From Thermomicrobiales bacterium (GTDB lineage: Bacteria; Chloroflexota; Chloroflexia; Thermomicrobiales; UBA6265), in assembly GCA_038246475.1 (NCBI GenBank), contig JBBRVX010000002.1, positions 1 to 63,586 of the forward strand: DNA of 63,586 nt. Reading direction: 5' to 3'. The notes below the pieces were generated by a model that did no database searches, was not told where the DNA came from, and worked only from the letters and a program-made list of their open reading frames with translations. This document shows, in pieces, positions 1 to 10,675 of the stretch (position 1 is the stretch's first letter; each line of letters opens with the position of its first letter). A program made the position numbers and the translations under genes.

Positions 1-338
1 ATGATCGCGTCGTAGTCCTGGCCCAGCGCGGTTTGCAACTGGTTGAGCTGCTGCTCGGTATCCTGCTCGGTGGGCACCGAAAGCACGTCAATAGTGACGC
101 CTTTCTCCGCCGCCGCCTCGTTGTAGCCCCGTTCCATCGTTTGCCAATACTCGTTGGAGAGGGTCTTCACCACCGCCAGCAGCTTGTATGGCTCGTCCGC
201 GGTGACCGCGGCAATTTCCTCAACCGTCATCCCGCCAGTTGGCGTGGCATCCTGCGCGCGGGTCGCGCCCAGGCCGGGTGCCAGCATCAGCGCCGAGACC
301 AGCAATGCCACCCGTGAAAGACCGATCCTTCGTCGCAT
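1..338 (-). CDS. Sugar ABC transporter substrate-binding protein (RbsB-like), N-terminal part; gene runs off the left edge
   Basis: Absent from the ORF track because it is truncated. The reverse complement from ATG at 338 reads MRRRIGLSRVALLVSALMLAPGLGATRAQDATPTGGMTVEEIAAVTADEPYKLLAVVKTLSNEYWQTMERGYNEAAAEKGVTIDVLSVP... This is a signal peptide followed by a type-I periplasmic sugar-binder N-terminus. Same strand as, and upstream of, the permease and ATPase genes. Confidence 0.7.
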   Translation of the reverse strand, partial: MRRRIGLSRVALLVSALMLAPGLGATRAQDATPTGGMTVEEIAAVTADEPYKLLAVVKTLSNEYWQTMERGYNEAAAEKGVTIDVLSVPTEQDTEQQLNQLQTALGQDYDAI

Positions 339-594
339 GGTCAACACTCCTTGCTCGTTCGTTGACGTCGCGGCTCAGGCGTCATGCTGAGCCCTCGGGG
401 ATACATCGCACACCAGGGAAGCGAACGCGCCGTCCCGCCGAGCTGGCTCAAGCGTCCACCATGACCCATGAGCACCATGACTGGTGGCTCCTTCCGCGGT
501 GGCGGACGGCCATAGACCGCCGGGAGCTCACCCCGACCCCGTCGCCGCCGGTAATGGTGACCGAGCCGCGTTCCCTTCTGGGCGTCAGTGCCCC

Positions 595-1614
595 CTACTG
601 CCGGAACCGGTCCAGCGCGACAGCCAGAATGATGACCAGCCCAATCGCCAACTGCTGGTAATACGCCTGCACGTTGAGCAGGTTTAGCCCGTTGCGCAGG
701 GTGGCGATGATGAGCGCCCCGATCACGGTGCCGACCACCGTCCCCTCACCGCCAAACAGGCTGGTGCCTCCCATGACGGTCGCGGCGATGGCATCCAGCT
801 CGTAACCGCTTGCCGCGTTCGGCTCGGCCACCCGCAGGCGGGCGATGAGCACGATTCCGGCGGTGGCGGCGAAGGCGCCGCAGAGGGTGTAGATGGCGAT
901 CTTGTAGCGGTCGACCGGCACCCCGGAGAGACGAGCCGCCTCTTCGTTGCCGCCGATGGCGTAGGTGTATTCTCCGAGCCGGGTAAAGCGCAGCACTAGC
1001 CCGGAGACGATCGCCAGCGTGCCGGCGATGATGGCCGGGGTGGGGATGGGGCCAATGGTCCCCGCCAGGTTGGTGAATCCCTCCGGAAAGCCAAAAACCG
1101 GGCGGCCGCCACTGAAGATCAGGGTGAGGCCACGGACCACGCTGAGCATGCCGAGCGTGACGATGAAGGGGGTGATGCGCAGCGAGGTCACGATGAGCCC
1201 ATTGACCAACCCGACCAGCACACCGGTCAAGATGCCGATCAGCACCGCGGCCGGCCAGGGCAGTTGCAGCCCCAGGATCGGCAGACCGCCTCCCATGGCA
1301 GTGGCGGCGACCATGCCGGCGAAGGCCGCCGTCGAGCCGACCGAGAGATCGATGCCGGCGGTGATGATGACGAACGTCATGCCGAGCGCGACGATGATGT
1401 TCACCGACGCTTGCAGCAAGATTTGCAACAGGTTCTGGCTGGTCAAAAACACGGGGGAGCGCCAGGCAAACATGGCGCCAAGGACAATCAGGGCCAGCAC
1501 GATGCCATAGCGCAGCAAGAACTGCGCGACGCGGCCGCGTCGTCCGGAATCCACCGCATCGGGCCCGAAGGCGGCCGCCGTAGAGAGGGGAGGCGGAGAT
1601 GGCGTGTCTGTCAT
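595..1614 (-). CDS. Sugar (ribose/xylose-type) ABC transporter permease
   Basis: 339-aa polytopic membrane ORF with a typical BPD_transp_2 C-terminus (GGTSLFGGEGTVVGTVIGALIIATLRNGL). 4-nt overlap with the upstream ATPase gene. Confidence 0.9.
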   Translation of the reverse strand: MTDTPSPPPLSTAAAFGPDAVDSGRRGRVAQFLLRYGIVLALIVLGAMFAWRSPVFLTSQNLLQILLQASVNIIVALGMTFVIITAGIDLSVGSTAAFAGMVAATAMGGGLPILGLQLPWPAAVLIGILTGVLVGLVNGLIVTSLRITPFIVTLGMLSVVRGLTLIFSGGRPVFGFPEGFTNLAGTIGPIPTPAIIAGTLAIVSGLVLRFTRLGEYTYAIGGNEEAARLSGVPVDRYKIAIYTLCGAFAATAGIVLIARLRVAEPNAASGYELDAIAATVMGGTSLFGGEGTVVGTVIGALIIATLRNGLNLLNVQAYYQQLAIGLVIILAVALDRFRQ

Positions 1615-3146
1615 GATGCGCTCGAGAGCAATGAATGCTCCTCTCCGCTGGCCAGGGCGATCACTCGCTCGGGCGTCGCCGCCGTGCGGGGCAAGTCCGC
1701 GACCAGCCGCCCCTCACGCATGACCAGCACCCGATCGCTCATGCCCAACACCTCGGGCAGATCTGACGAGATCAGCAGGATGCCGGCGCCGCCGGCCGTC
1801 AGTCTGTTCATCTCCTCATACACCTCGACTTTGGCCCCGATGTCGATGCCACGGGTCGGCTCATCGAAGATCAGGAGGCGCGGGGCGGCGCTGAGCCACT
1901 TGCCCAGCACCACTTTCTGCTGATTGCCGCCAGAGAGATTGCGCACCCGGAACTCGAGGCTCGGGGTGCGGATGCGCAGATCGCGCACGAAGCGCCTAGC
2001 GATGAGGGCTCGCGCCCGCTGGCGAATGATGCCGAAGCGCGAGTAGGTTCCCAGCGTCGCCAGCGACAGGTTGACCTTGACGGAGAGAGGCAGCACCAAG
2101 CCCTGCTGCTTGCGATCCTCGGGCAGCAAAGCGATGCCCGCGGCCATTGCCGCCGCTGGCGAGTTGATCGCGACCGGCCGGCCATCGATGACGATGCGGC
2201 CGGCGTCTTTGGCATCGGCCCCGACCATCAGCCGTGCCGTTTCAGACCGCCCCGCGCCCACCAGCCCCGCCATGCCTACGATCTCGCCAGCCCGCACGCT
2301 GAAGGAGACATCCGCAACGGCGCCCCGCCGCGTCAACCCCTCCACCCGGACGACCTCGTCGCCAGGAAGAATGTCGATGCGGGGAAACTGCTGTGCGACG
2401 CCACGGCCAACCATCATGCGGATCAGATCGGTAATCGGTGTCGTCCTGGCGGCGACGGTATCGACCGTGCGGCCATCCCGCAGTACCGTGACCCGGTCGG
2501 CAATGACCGGCAACTCTTCCAACCGGTGCGAGATGTAGAGGACGGAAACGCCTGTCGAGCGCAGCTCGCGCAGGATGCGGAACAACTCGCCAATCTCCCC
2601 CTGCGTTAAAGAGGAGGTTGGCTCGTCCAGGATCAGGAGCTTCGACTGCCAGGAGAGGGCACGGGCGATTTCGGCCATCTGTTTCTGAGCCGTGCTCAAC
2701 CCGCGCACGATGGCGCGGGCATCGAGATCAATCCCCAACCGGCGCAAGAGCGCGCCCGCGTCCCGGTAGAGCGCCGGCCAGTTGATCACCCCTGGCGCCA
2801 GCGACGGCTCCCGGCCTAGATAGATGTTGCGGCCCACATCGAGGTTCGGCGCCAGGCTGAGCTCCTGATGAACCATGGCGATACCGAGGCGTTGCGCGGC
2901 GACCGGAGAGTCGATTGTGATGGGCGCGCCTTGCACCGTCAGCATGCCGGAGTCGGGTTGGGTCACCCCGAAGATGATCTTCATCAAGGTGCTCTTGCCG
3001 GCGCCGTTCTCCCCGATGACGGCGTGGATTTCACCAGGCAGCACCTCAAGATCGACGTGCTGCAGGGCGCGCACGCCGGGGTAGGTCTTGGACAGGTTGG
3101 CGACCCGCAGCGTCGGAGTCGGCACTAGTGCGGCGCCGTCCGTCAT
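1611..3146 (-). CDS. Sugar ABC transporter ATP-binding protein, duplicated NBD (RbsA-like)
   Basis: Walker A GENGAGKSTL, signature LSTAQKQM, Walker B LILDEPTSSL. Second half has GLVGAGRSE, LSGGNQQKV and LIFDEPTRGID. Confidence 0.92.
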   Translation of the reverse strand: MTDGAALVPTPTLRVANLSKTYPGVRALQHVDLEVLPGEIHAVIGENGAGKSTLMKIIFGVTQPDSGMLTVQGAPITIDSPVAAQRLGIAMVHQELSLAPNLDVGRNIYLGREPSLAPGVINWPALYRDAGALLRRLGIDLDARAIVRGLSTAQKQMAEIARALSWQSKLLILDEPTSSLTQGEIGELFRILRELRSTGVSVLYISHRLEELPVIADRVTVLRDGRTVDTVAARTTPITDLIRMMVGRGVAQQFPRIDILPGDEVVRVEGLTRRGAVADVSFSVRAGEIVGMAGLVGAGRSETARLMVGADAKDAGRIVIDGRPVAINSPAAAMAAGIALLPEDRKQQGLVLPLSVKVNLSLATLGTYSRFGIIRQRARALIARRFVRDLRIRTPSLEFRVRNLSGGNQQKVVLGKWLSAAPRLLIFDEPTRGIDIGAKVEVYEEMNRLTAGGAGILLISSDLPEVLGMSDRVLVMREGRLVADLPRTAATPERVIALASGEEHSLLSSAS

Positions 3147-3579
3147 CGACCCCCGCCTCGTCCATGGCCATCGTGAGTCACGCGCACATGGCAGTGCGCT
3201 GCACGTTTGACACGATCTAACAGGGCAGCACTATACCTGATGGACGCTGGGCGTGTGTGACGAAATCGGGCGCCCCACGGCCAACGTGGCCGCCAGGCGC
3301 AGCACCAGCATGATCCCTTCGTGCCCACCTTCCCGTCTCCTCAAGGACCGCCGTGTCCGAGAAAATCACCCGTCCGGGCGAGAGAATTCGGTCGCGCCTG
3401 CACCAAATGACCCTACCAAGCGTGAGCCAGACCGGGTAGAATTAGGGGTTGTCGCCGCCTTGCATCCCGCCCAATCGCGGTTATGGAACCGGCCCGGCGA
3501 CGTGCCCTGATGACCGGTCTGACAAACCTATTCCAACTGGCACGGTAACGCCGCGCTGGTCTGGAAGCTGGAAAGATAT

Positions 3580-6222
3580 TTGATGCCACCTCGTGCCGCA
3601 AATCCGTCCCAAGCTCTATCAGCGGAGGACGCACTCATGGAGACCGCTGTTCCCACTGCCGAGATCGTCTCGCCGGCGTCAAAGCCGCGGGCAGCACGCG
3701 CCTCTCGCGGCAAAAAGAGCGCCACCCGCAAGCCGCCCTATGTCCTCCTCCCCGTCCTCGTTGTCGACGAAACCCTGCTGCTGCCCCATATGTCGATTCC
3801 CTTTCCGGTCGAGGACGAAGAAGCGGCGCGTGTCGTCGATCGCGCGTCGCGCGGAGAGCATCGCCACGTGCTGGTGCTCACCGAACGGCCGATCTTCCCC
3901 GAGGAAAATGGAGGTCCGTCCAGAATCGCGCCCGATAGCGATGGAGACGGCGAGCTGCGCGCGCTCCTGGCCGATGCCATCATCGAGGCGGCCGCCCGCA
4001 CCGGCGCGGATGGCGAGCCCGAGTGGATTCCCGACCCGGAGCCGGAACCGCAGGAATACGAGCTGTGCGGTGTCGGAGTGATCGCGGAGATCGCTCAGTT
4101 CCGCCCCAGTGGTGGTCGACACGTTGTCTTGCAGGGCCTTGCCCGCGGCGTGGTGACCGAGCTGGTGCAGCAGGAGCCATATCTCGTTGCGCGGGTCGTG
4201 CGCCAGGACGACCCGGTCGATTCCACCCCGGTCGCGGAAGCGGCCATGACCGCGGTGATGGAGCAGGTCGAGAGCTACATCAGCATGCTTCCGAACGTCC
4301 CGGAAGAAGTGCTCACGATGGTGCGCGGGGTGGAAGAGCCAGGCTGGCTGGCCGACCTGATCGCCTTCTCGCCCGAGTTCACCTCCGATCAGCGCCAGGA
4401 TCTGCTGGAAATTCTCGATCCCATTCAGCGCCTCCGCCATCTCAGCGTGCTCATTCAGAAGCGTCTCGATGTCCTCAACCTGCGCCAGCAGATTCAGAGC
4501 GAAGCGCAAGCGGGGATGGACAAGCAGCAGCGCGAGTACTACCTACGCGAGCAATTGCGCGCGATTCAGAAGGAGTTGGGCGAAACCGGCACGGAAACCG
4601 CCTTCGCCAACGAGCTGCGGGAAAAAATCGACGCCGCCGGCATGCCCGATGAGGTCAAGGCCAAGGCGCTGGTCCAGGTCGAGCGTCTGGAGCAGCAGCA
4701 CCCTTTCTCCCCCGAGATCGGGGTTATCCGCGGCTACCTCGACTGGCTGATCGACCTCCCTTGGGCGGTCGAGACTGAAGACCATCTCGATCTGACCGAG
4801 GCCGCCCGCATTCTGGGCGAGGATCACTACGGCCTGGAAAAGGTCAAGGAGCGCATCCTGGAGTTCATCGCCGTGCGCAAGCTGGCGGGCGATCGGCTGC
4901 GCGCCCCGATTCTCTGCTTCGTTGGCCCTCCCGGTGTGGGTAAGACCAGTCTGGGCCGCTCCATCGCGCGGGCGATCGGCCGCAACTACGTCCGCATGTC
5001 GCTGGGCGGCGTGCGCGACGAAGCGGAGATTCGCGGCCACCGCCGCACCTACGTCGGCGCCATGCCGGGCCGCGTCATCAAGGCGCTCAAGGATGCCAAA
5101 AGCCGGAATCCGGTCCTCGTGCTGGACGAGGTGGACAAGGTCGGTTCGGATGCGTTCCGCGGCGACCCCTCTTCGGCGTTGCTCGAAGTGCTCGATCCCG
5201 AACAGAACACTACCTTCTCCGATCACTATCTGGAGGTGCCGTTCGATCTCTCCAAGGTGATCTTCATCACCACTGCCAATCAACTGGAGCCGATCCCGGC
5301 CGCCTTACGCGACCGCATGGAAATCATCGAAGTGTCCGGCTACACCGAGATCGAGAAGATGGCCATCGGGCGGCAATTCCTGCTGCCGAAGACCCTTGAT
5401 TCCCATGGTCTGGAAGCGGCTCAACTGATCGTGACCGACGAGGCCCTGCGCCGCCTCATCCGCGAATACACGGAAGAATCGGGTGTGCGTAACCTGGAGC
5501 GCGAGCTCGGCTCACTCTGCCGCAAGGTGGCCAAAATTCTGGCGGGCGACAATCCACCGGAGACGATTACGGTTGATGCGCCGCAGGTAAGCGAATTTCT
5601 CGGCGTGCCGAAGTACGACTACGGCCTGGCCGAGGAGCGGGACGAGGTCGGCGTGGCCACCGGAGCGGCGGTCACCAGCGTTGGCGGAGACCTGCTTGGC
5701 ATCGAAGTGCTGATCATGTCCGGCAAGGGTGATTTGATCCTCACCGGCCAGCTCGGTGACGTCATGCAGGAGTCGGCGCGGGCCGCGCTCTCCTACGCAC
5801 GGGCACGGGCGGAGGAGTACGGTCTGGCAGCGGACTTCTTCGACCGCCACAACATCCACGTCCACGTGCCAGCGGGCGCGATCCCGAAAGACGGTCCCTC
5901 AGCCGGGATCACCATGGCCACCGCGTTGATTTCCGCGCTGACCGGGCGTCAGGTGCGTAAGGACGTGGCGATGACCGGCGAGATTACCTTGCGCGGCAAG
6001 GTGCTCCCCATCGGTGGGCTGCGCGAGAAAACCGTCGCCGCACATCGTGGCGGCATCAAGACCTTCATCCTGCCCCGCCGCAACGCCAAGGATTTGGCGG
6101 AGCTCCCCGCGGTCGTCCGCGATGGTATGGACCTGATCCAGGTCGATTCCCTCGATCAGGTGCTTGCAGCCGCCCTGTTGCCCAAAATTCCGGTAATCCC
6201 GCCGCCAGTCCAGGTGGTGTAG
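3580..6222 (+). CDS. lon: ATP-dependent Lon protease (start uncertain: TTG 3580, ATG 3583 or ATG 3637)
   Basis: N-domain [19 protein letters not shown], Walker [10 protein letters not shown], catalytic Ser in [15 protein letters not shown] and Lys in [19 protein letters not shown]. Confidence 0.95.
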   Translation: MMPPRAANPSQALSAEDALMETAVPTAEIVSPASKPRAARASRGKKSATRKPPYVLLPVLVVDETLLLPHMSIPFPVEDEEAARVVDRASRGEHRHVLVLTERPIFPEENGGPSRIAPDSDGDGELRALLADAIIEAAARTGADGEPEWIPDPEPEPQEYELCGVGVIAEIAQFRPSGGRHVVLQGLARGVVTELVQQEPYLVARVVRQDDPVDSTPVAEAAMTAVMEQVESYISMLPNVPEEVLTMVRGVEEPGWLADLIAFSPEFTSDQRQDLLEILDPIQRLRHLSVLIQKRLDVLNLRQQIQSEAQAGMDKQQREYYLREQLRAIQKELGETGTETAFANELREKIDAAGMPDEVKAKALVQVERLEQQHPFSPEIGVIRGYLDWLIDLPWAVETEDHLDLTEAARILGEDHYGLEKVKERILEFIAVRKLAGDRLRAPILCFVGPPGVGKTSLGRSIARAIGRNYVRMSLGGVRDEAEIRGHRRTYVGAMPGRVIKALKDAKSRNPVLVLDEVDKVGSDAFRGDPSSALLEVLDPEQNTTFSDHYLEVPFDLSKVIFITTANQLEPIPAALRDRMEIIEVSGYTEIEKMAIGRQFLLPKTLDSHGLEAAQLIVTDEALRRLIREYTEESGVRNLERELGSLCRKVAKILAGDNPPETITVDAPQVSEFLGVPKYDYGLAEERDEVGVATGAAVTSVGGDLLGIEVLIMSGKGDLILTGQLGDVMQESARAALSYARARAEEYGLAADFFDRHNIHVHVPAGAIPKDGPSAGITMATALISALTGRQVRKDVAMTGEITLRGKVLPIGGLREKTVAAHRGGIKTFILPRRNAKDLAELPAVVRDGMDLIQVDSLDQVLAAALLPKIPVIPPPVQVV

Positions 6223-6320
6223 GCCAGCCCAGTCAGGGTTGCAACGAGGTTTGAAGCCGCAGCCCCCTGGACGCATCAGAATACTCTTGATGCAGTGCTG
6301 TGGACGTGATGCATAGAGGG

Positions 6321-6349
6321 GAGGCCGCCGGGAGAATCCCGGCGGCCTC
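6321..6349. terminator. GC-rich hairpin between convergent lon and MFS genes (likely bidirectional terminator)
   Basis: GAGGCCGCCGGGA-gaa-TCCCGGCGGCCTC forms a perfect 13-bp stem, followed by gttccgttc (weak T tract). Confidence 0.5.
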
Positions 6350-6375
6350 GTTCCGTTCACGACGTACCCGAACCC

Positions 6376-7611
6376 CTATCCCCCGATCCCCCTTCCCCCT
6401 CCGCCATGCGGGCCAAGCAATGTCCACCAGATCCCGCTCGCGGCAACCAGGCCAATTGCCGCGAAAATCAACCAGGGCAGCGCCGGCACGCCGAGGCGTC
6501 CGCCAAGATCGTAGAGCAGCCCTCCCGCAAAGTTGCCCATGCCCCCACCGAAGGCGACCGCCAGCCCGGCCACGCCGAAGTACGAGCCAAGCGCAACGGG
6601 ATTCGCCATTCTCGCCACCACGGTCTGCTCGCTGGGCCGCACCAGCACGACCCCGAGGGAATAGACCAGGACCGCGACCAGGAGCGCGCCCGTATTCCAC
6701 GAAATCCCAATCAGCACCAGTCCGGCGACCGTGGTCAGCACGCCGATGACCAGCGAGCGAGGCGCCCCAATGCGCCGTTCGGCCAGTCGTGGCACTGGAT
6801 AGCCGAGCACGACCGCCACGGCCGAATTGACCGCGTAGACCCAGGCGACCGCGCTGGGGTTTCCGGCAATGGTCACCGCCACCAGGGGAAGCGTGATCGA
6901 AAACTGCGCCGCCATGAACTGCTGGCCGCTGGAAAAGCTGAGATAGGTCAGGAACGGTCGATCGTGGAAGGCGAGATGGAGGCCTTTGAAGGTGCCCCCC
7001 TTCTCCGCCACTCGTACCGCCGGAAGCCAGACGACAATCATGACCAGCAGGAGCAGGTAGCAGAAGGCGCTCGTGATGGCCACGTAGCGAAAGTCGAAGC
7101 CAAGCAGCAGGGCCCCCAGTTGCGTCCCGACAGTGATGCCCAACCCCCCGACCACACCGGTCTTGGCATAGTAGCTCGGCCTCTCCTGCTCCGTGGTGAG
7201 CGCGGCCACGGCGGCAGCGCGCGGCGACTCGAAGAGGGCGCCGCCGATGGCGGAGACGATCGCTGTCGCCATCAGCAGCGGATACGTCGTCGCGAGCGCC
7301 ATGGCGCCAAAGCCAAATGCGCGCACCAACATGCCGATCACGATGAGCGGCTTGGCCCCAAAGCGATCGGCGAGTACGCCGCTCAAGGGCGTCAGTCCCT
7401 GCTGCATGAACTGCCGGATGGCCAGCACCAGGCCGATCGAGGCGGCGGTCCAGCCGAGGCCGTCGACGTAGTGGACTGATATCATGGGAATGACCAGAAA
7501 GAAGCCGCCCCAGGCAAAGAACGTGGAAACGAGCAGCACCGTGAGACCGCGCCGGTTGGCGGCAGGCGACAGTTGCCGGCTTTCCAGCGCCAGGCCAGTT
7601 TCCTCGCTCAC
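6376..7611 (-). CDS. MFS transporter
   Basis: 411-aa ORF with about 12 hydrophobic segments and an MFS-like loop motif (GVLADRFGAKPL). Confidence 0.85.
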   Translation of the reverse strand: MSEETGLALESRQLSPAANRRGLTVLLVSTFFAWGGFFLVIPMISVHYVDGLGWTAASIGLVLAIRQFMQQGLTPLSGVLADRFGAKPLIVIGMLVRAFGFGAMALATTYPLLMATAIVSAIGGALFESPRAAAVAALTTEQERPSYYAKTGVVGGLGITVGTQLGALLLGFDFRYVAITSAFCYLLLLVMIVVWLPAVRVAEKGGTFKGLHLAFHDRPFLTYLSFSSGQQFMAAQFSITLPLVAVTIAGNPSAVAWVYAVNSAVAVVLGYPVPRLAERRIGAPRSLVIGVLTTVAGLVLIGISWNTGALLVAVLVYSLGVVLVRPSEQTVVARMANPVALGSYFGVAGLAVAFGGGMGNFAGGLLYDLGGRLGVPALPWLIFAAIGLVAASGIWWTLLGPHGGGGRGIGG

Positions 7612-7779
7612 ATTCGTCCCCGGTCGGCGCTCACACCGCTCGTTGCCTGGCTACCTAGGTGGTAAGTGATCCCTGGAGGATGCTTCAGCACCTTCGCGGC
7701 TGGAGGGCTGATGCCTGCATCCGTGCAGCCCGCGGCACGGCAAACGGCGCCAATGATCCAGAACGCTGTGACCACCCAT

Positions 7780-8049
7780 TCAGGTGGCAAACCTCCATCG
7801 AGGCGAGCCGCCCGACGCCCTGGCCAGGGCCACGAAGATCACCACAAGCGCGCTCATCAGCAACGCGGGGCCGGCGCGCCGCCTCCACCGCGACTCATCA
7901 GTGGAGAAGTCGCCGGTTGCGGACCGAATCGCCATGCCGAGACCCTCCGCGGTCCACCCGGCGAAGGGTTCCCGCGCATCGCCGGAGGTGACGACGATGT
8001 CGCCGAAAGGCGTTGCCCGGGCGTGGTCAGGCTGCCACCCCATCCGCAT
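7780..8049 (-). CDS. Small hypothetical protein with one C-terminal TM segment
   Basis: ATG at 8049 lies 5 nt after the stop of the upstream M50-like gene. High GC3 codon pattern. Sequence MRMGWQPDHARATPFGDIVV...SRWRRRAGPALLMSALVVIFVALA. No recognisable domain. Confidence 0.35.
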   Translation of the reverse strand: MRMGWQPDHARATPFGDIVVTSGDAREPFAGWTAEGLGMAIRSATGDFSTDESRWRRRAGPALLMSALVVIFVALARASGGSPRWRFAT

Positions 8050-8054
8050 GGCGC

Positions 8055-9113
8055 CTAACCCGCGGCGGGGCTGTTGCGCACGGATGTCGAAGAAGATGAA
8101 GCAACCCCGGTGGGAGTCCACCCTTCCACCGTTTCCATCGCCAGCCGTAACATCATCGTGAGACGATCGGCATCGAGCGTCGCGGGATCGCGCCCGATGG
8201 CGCGCTGCTCGGGCGGCATGCCGTCGACCCGCAGCGCGCCTGAAAGCTCGACGCCTCCGCTATCAGCCGCGACGGCAATGACAGATCGCTGCAACGGCCG
8301 AAGGCCCCAGGAGAGGACCAGGGCCGTTCCCGTTGTTCCCTGTTGGATCGAGGCTTCGACCGGGGTGGGCCAACCGCTGGCGACGCGAGTCGCCACATCG
8401 CGCAACGTGCGCTCCGTTGGCGACGCGTTATCTGGAACAAGCGCCGTCGATCGTCTTGAGGTGGCGACGCGTGCTGGGCCCTGAACGTCTCCGGTCAGCG
8501 CGGCAATGCGATTCCGGGCTCTGGGGCTCTTCCAGGCCCAGAAGAGGGCGGCCAAAACTGCCAAGTGGATGACCAGAATCGTCACGCTCAACGTCGGTAC
8601 GCTGAAGTCGTACATCTGCATCCAGTCGCCGTTAAGCCCGGTGATGAAGTCGAGCAATGGATAGACGACCAGGGCATTGAGTAACGAAATCCAGGTGAAC
8701 TGGATCAACAGCTCGTTGATGGCGGCGCGGAAAGGCGGGCGCTTCAGGAAGACGAGCGCCAGTGCCAGAATCGCCAGCAGGATATTCACCGCCACCCCAG
8801 CCGAGGCGATGACAATCTGCTGCGCGGCGGTGAACTCGCTCGGGTCGAAGCCGACATAGCCGGCAAACCCATAGAAGCCCCATTCGAGGACGTGCCCGCC
8901 GAAGAGCCAGATCATCGTTGCGTGACCGAGCTCATGCAGGGCCACGGAGATGGGAACCAGGACAAAGAACGCCGCCTGATTGACGAGCATCCGATCCTGC
9001 CGGGTGAAGTTGAGGTCAAACGTCTGGCGGAAGCTGCGAATAAGCTGATACACGACTCGTGCGCCGAGCACCACGTAGAAAAGGCTGATTAGCCCAAAGG
9101 CTCCTAATGGCAT
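8055..9113 (-). CDS. Membrane metallopeptidase, M50/site-2-protease-like, with a soluble C-terminal domain
   Basis: HExxH inside a TM helix (VALHELGHATMIWLFGGH), several further TM segments, then a roughly 150-aa non-membrane tail. Confidence 0.7.
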   Translation of the reverse strand: MPLGAFGLISLFYVVLGARVVYQLIRSFRQTFDLNFTRQDRMLVNQAAFFVLVPISVALHELGHATMIWLFGGHVLEWGFYGFAGYVGFDPSEFTAAQQIVIASAGVAVNILLAILALALVFLKRPPFRAAINELLIQFTWISLLNALVVYPLLDFITGLNGDWMQMYDFSVPTLSVTILVIHLAVLAALFWAWKSPRARNRIAALTGDVQGPARVATSRRSTALVPDNASPTERTLRDVATRVASGWPTPVEASIQQGTTGTALVLSWGLRPLQRSVIAVAADSGGVELSGALRVDGMPPEQRAIGRDPATLDADRLTMMLRLAMETVEGWTPTGVASSSSTSVRNSPAAG

Positions 9114-9211
9114 GGGGAATCTCCGGAGTTAGCGATCAACATCGACAGGAAGTCTGGCACAGGCCGCGCCTTCGCGCCGTCGCCGGTAGTGCCGTAAGGA
9201 ATGGAGCGGCA

Positions 9212-10552
9212 TCATTCGACTGATGCGACCGCATCGCTCCGCTCGACGCGGGTTAACCTGCTGCCAATCACAATAGCGATGATCGCCACGATCGCGCCAC
9301 CCGTGGCCACCGCCATCGGAGAGCCCCAGGCTTCACTGATCAGGCCGGCCAATGCAGCGCCGATCGGCGTCGATCCAGCAAAAACGGTCAGGTAGATGCT
9401 CATCACCCGGCCACGAAGATGATCCGGCGTGTTTGTCTGCACCGTCGTGTTTGCCTGGGTCATTGTCGTGCTCATGGAGAACCCCGTTCCGGCCATCAAC
9501 ACCATCGCCGCGAGGGCAGGAGCGCCGAATCCGGCCGCGGCGCCGAGAGCGATCTCGAAGAGGCCGAAGAGGAGCGCGGTGGCGAGCAGGCGCTGCGAAG
9601 AAGGCCGCCGCCCCGTGAACGCCAGGGTCAGCGCGCCGGTCAGCGACCCGATCCCCAGCGAAGACATGAGCAATCCGAAACCGCTGGCGCCGATGTCGAG
9701 GGCGTCCCGCGCCAGCAACGGCGCCCAGACTCCAAAGTTCATCCCGAAAATGGCCATCAAGCCAGCCAGGATGATCGGTAGGCGTACCTCGGGAGTGCGG
9801 CGCACGTAGGCGAGACCTTCACGCAGACGCTCCACCGCCGACCCGGCATTGCTGCCTTTCCTGGGGCGCCCCTGGGTGCGCATCACCGCGAGTCCCGCGA
9901 TCACCGGGAGATAGGAGAGCGAGTTCACGACAAAACAAATCTCCGGGCCAAATCTGGCCAGAATCAACCCCGCGAGCGCCGGCCCCACGACCCGCGTGGT
10001 GTTGAACAGGGCCGAATTCAGCGCGATGCCATTCATCAAATTGTCTTTGCCAACCAGGTCGACCACAAAGGATTGCCGCGCGGGCATGTCAATCGCGGAA
10101 ACAATGCCGAGCGCCATTGCCGCCGCGTAGATCTGCCAGAGCTCGATCGCTCCCCTGCTGACCTGAAACGCGAGGAGACCGGTGATGAAGGCGGCGGCGA
10201 TCTGGGTAAAGAGCAGGAGCTGGCGCTTCGGCAAGCGATCGACCAGCACTCCTGCGGGCAGGCCAAGGAGCAGCGTGGGCCCGAATTGAAAGACGCCGAT
10301 GAGACCGAGCGCCGCCGGCGAATCGGTCAGGGTCAGCACCAGCCAGGCTTGCGCCAGGCTCTGCATCCATGTGCCGGTCAGAGAAAAGAGCTGGCTGAAA
10401 AAGAAGACGCGATAATCCCGATGCCCGAGGGAGCGCAATCCCTCGGGCAGTCGTTCCTTCGGGCGATTGGGCACGGAGGGCGCCAGGAGTTCAGGTTGGT
10501 CAGTTCCCGGCGACGTGCTCCCTTCGGCAGCCGGTACGCGCATCTCGTGCAT
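9212..10552 (-). CDS. MFS transporter (EntS/MFS_3-like); start trimmed to ATG 10552
   Basis: Polytopic ORF (DYRVFFFSQLFSLTGTWMQ...). The tracked 506-aa version would overlap the divergent add gene, so I prefer the internal Met (MHEMRVP). Confidence 0.85.
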   Translation of the reverse strand: MHEMRVPAAEGSTSPGTDQPELLAPSVPNRPKERLPEGLRSLGHRDYRVFFFSQLFSLTGTWMQSLAQAWLVLTLTDSPAALGLIGVFQFGPTLLLGLPAGVLVDRLPKRQLLLFTQIAAAFITGLLAFQVSRGAIELWQIYAAAMALGIVSAIDMPARQSFVVDLVGKDNLMNGIALNSALFNTTRVVGPALAGLILARFGPEICFVVNSLSYLPVIAGLAVMRTQGRPRKGSNAGSAVERLREGLAYVRRTPEVRLPIILAGLMAIFGMNFGVWAPLLARDALDIGASGFGLLMSSLGIGSLTGALTLAFTGRRPSSQRLLATALLFGLFEIALGAAAGFGAPALAAMVLMAGTGFSMSTTMTQANTTVQTNTPDHLRGRVMSIYLTVFAGSTPIGAALAGLISEAWGSPMAVATGGAIVAIIAIVIGSRLTRVERSDAVASVE

Positions 10553-10675
10553 TGTCGCAGGAGATGCATTGACCGTGCCGCGAGATCGCTGCTCCCGCCT
10601 ATGATCTCCACGAAGAAGGTTGTGTGGTGATGCCGGCCCGAAGCGTACGCCGCGCCGCGGCGTCCATTCAGGAAT

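Noticed and set aside
3679-5283. 276-aa and 246-aa minus-strand ORFs
   Set aside because: Antisense to lon. No motifs.
6406-7479. 357-aa plus-strand ORF
   Set aside because: Antisense to the MFS transporter. The sequence is hydrophilic, R/H/Q/D-rich and motif-free.
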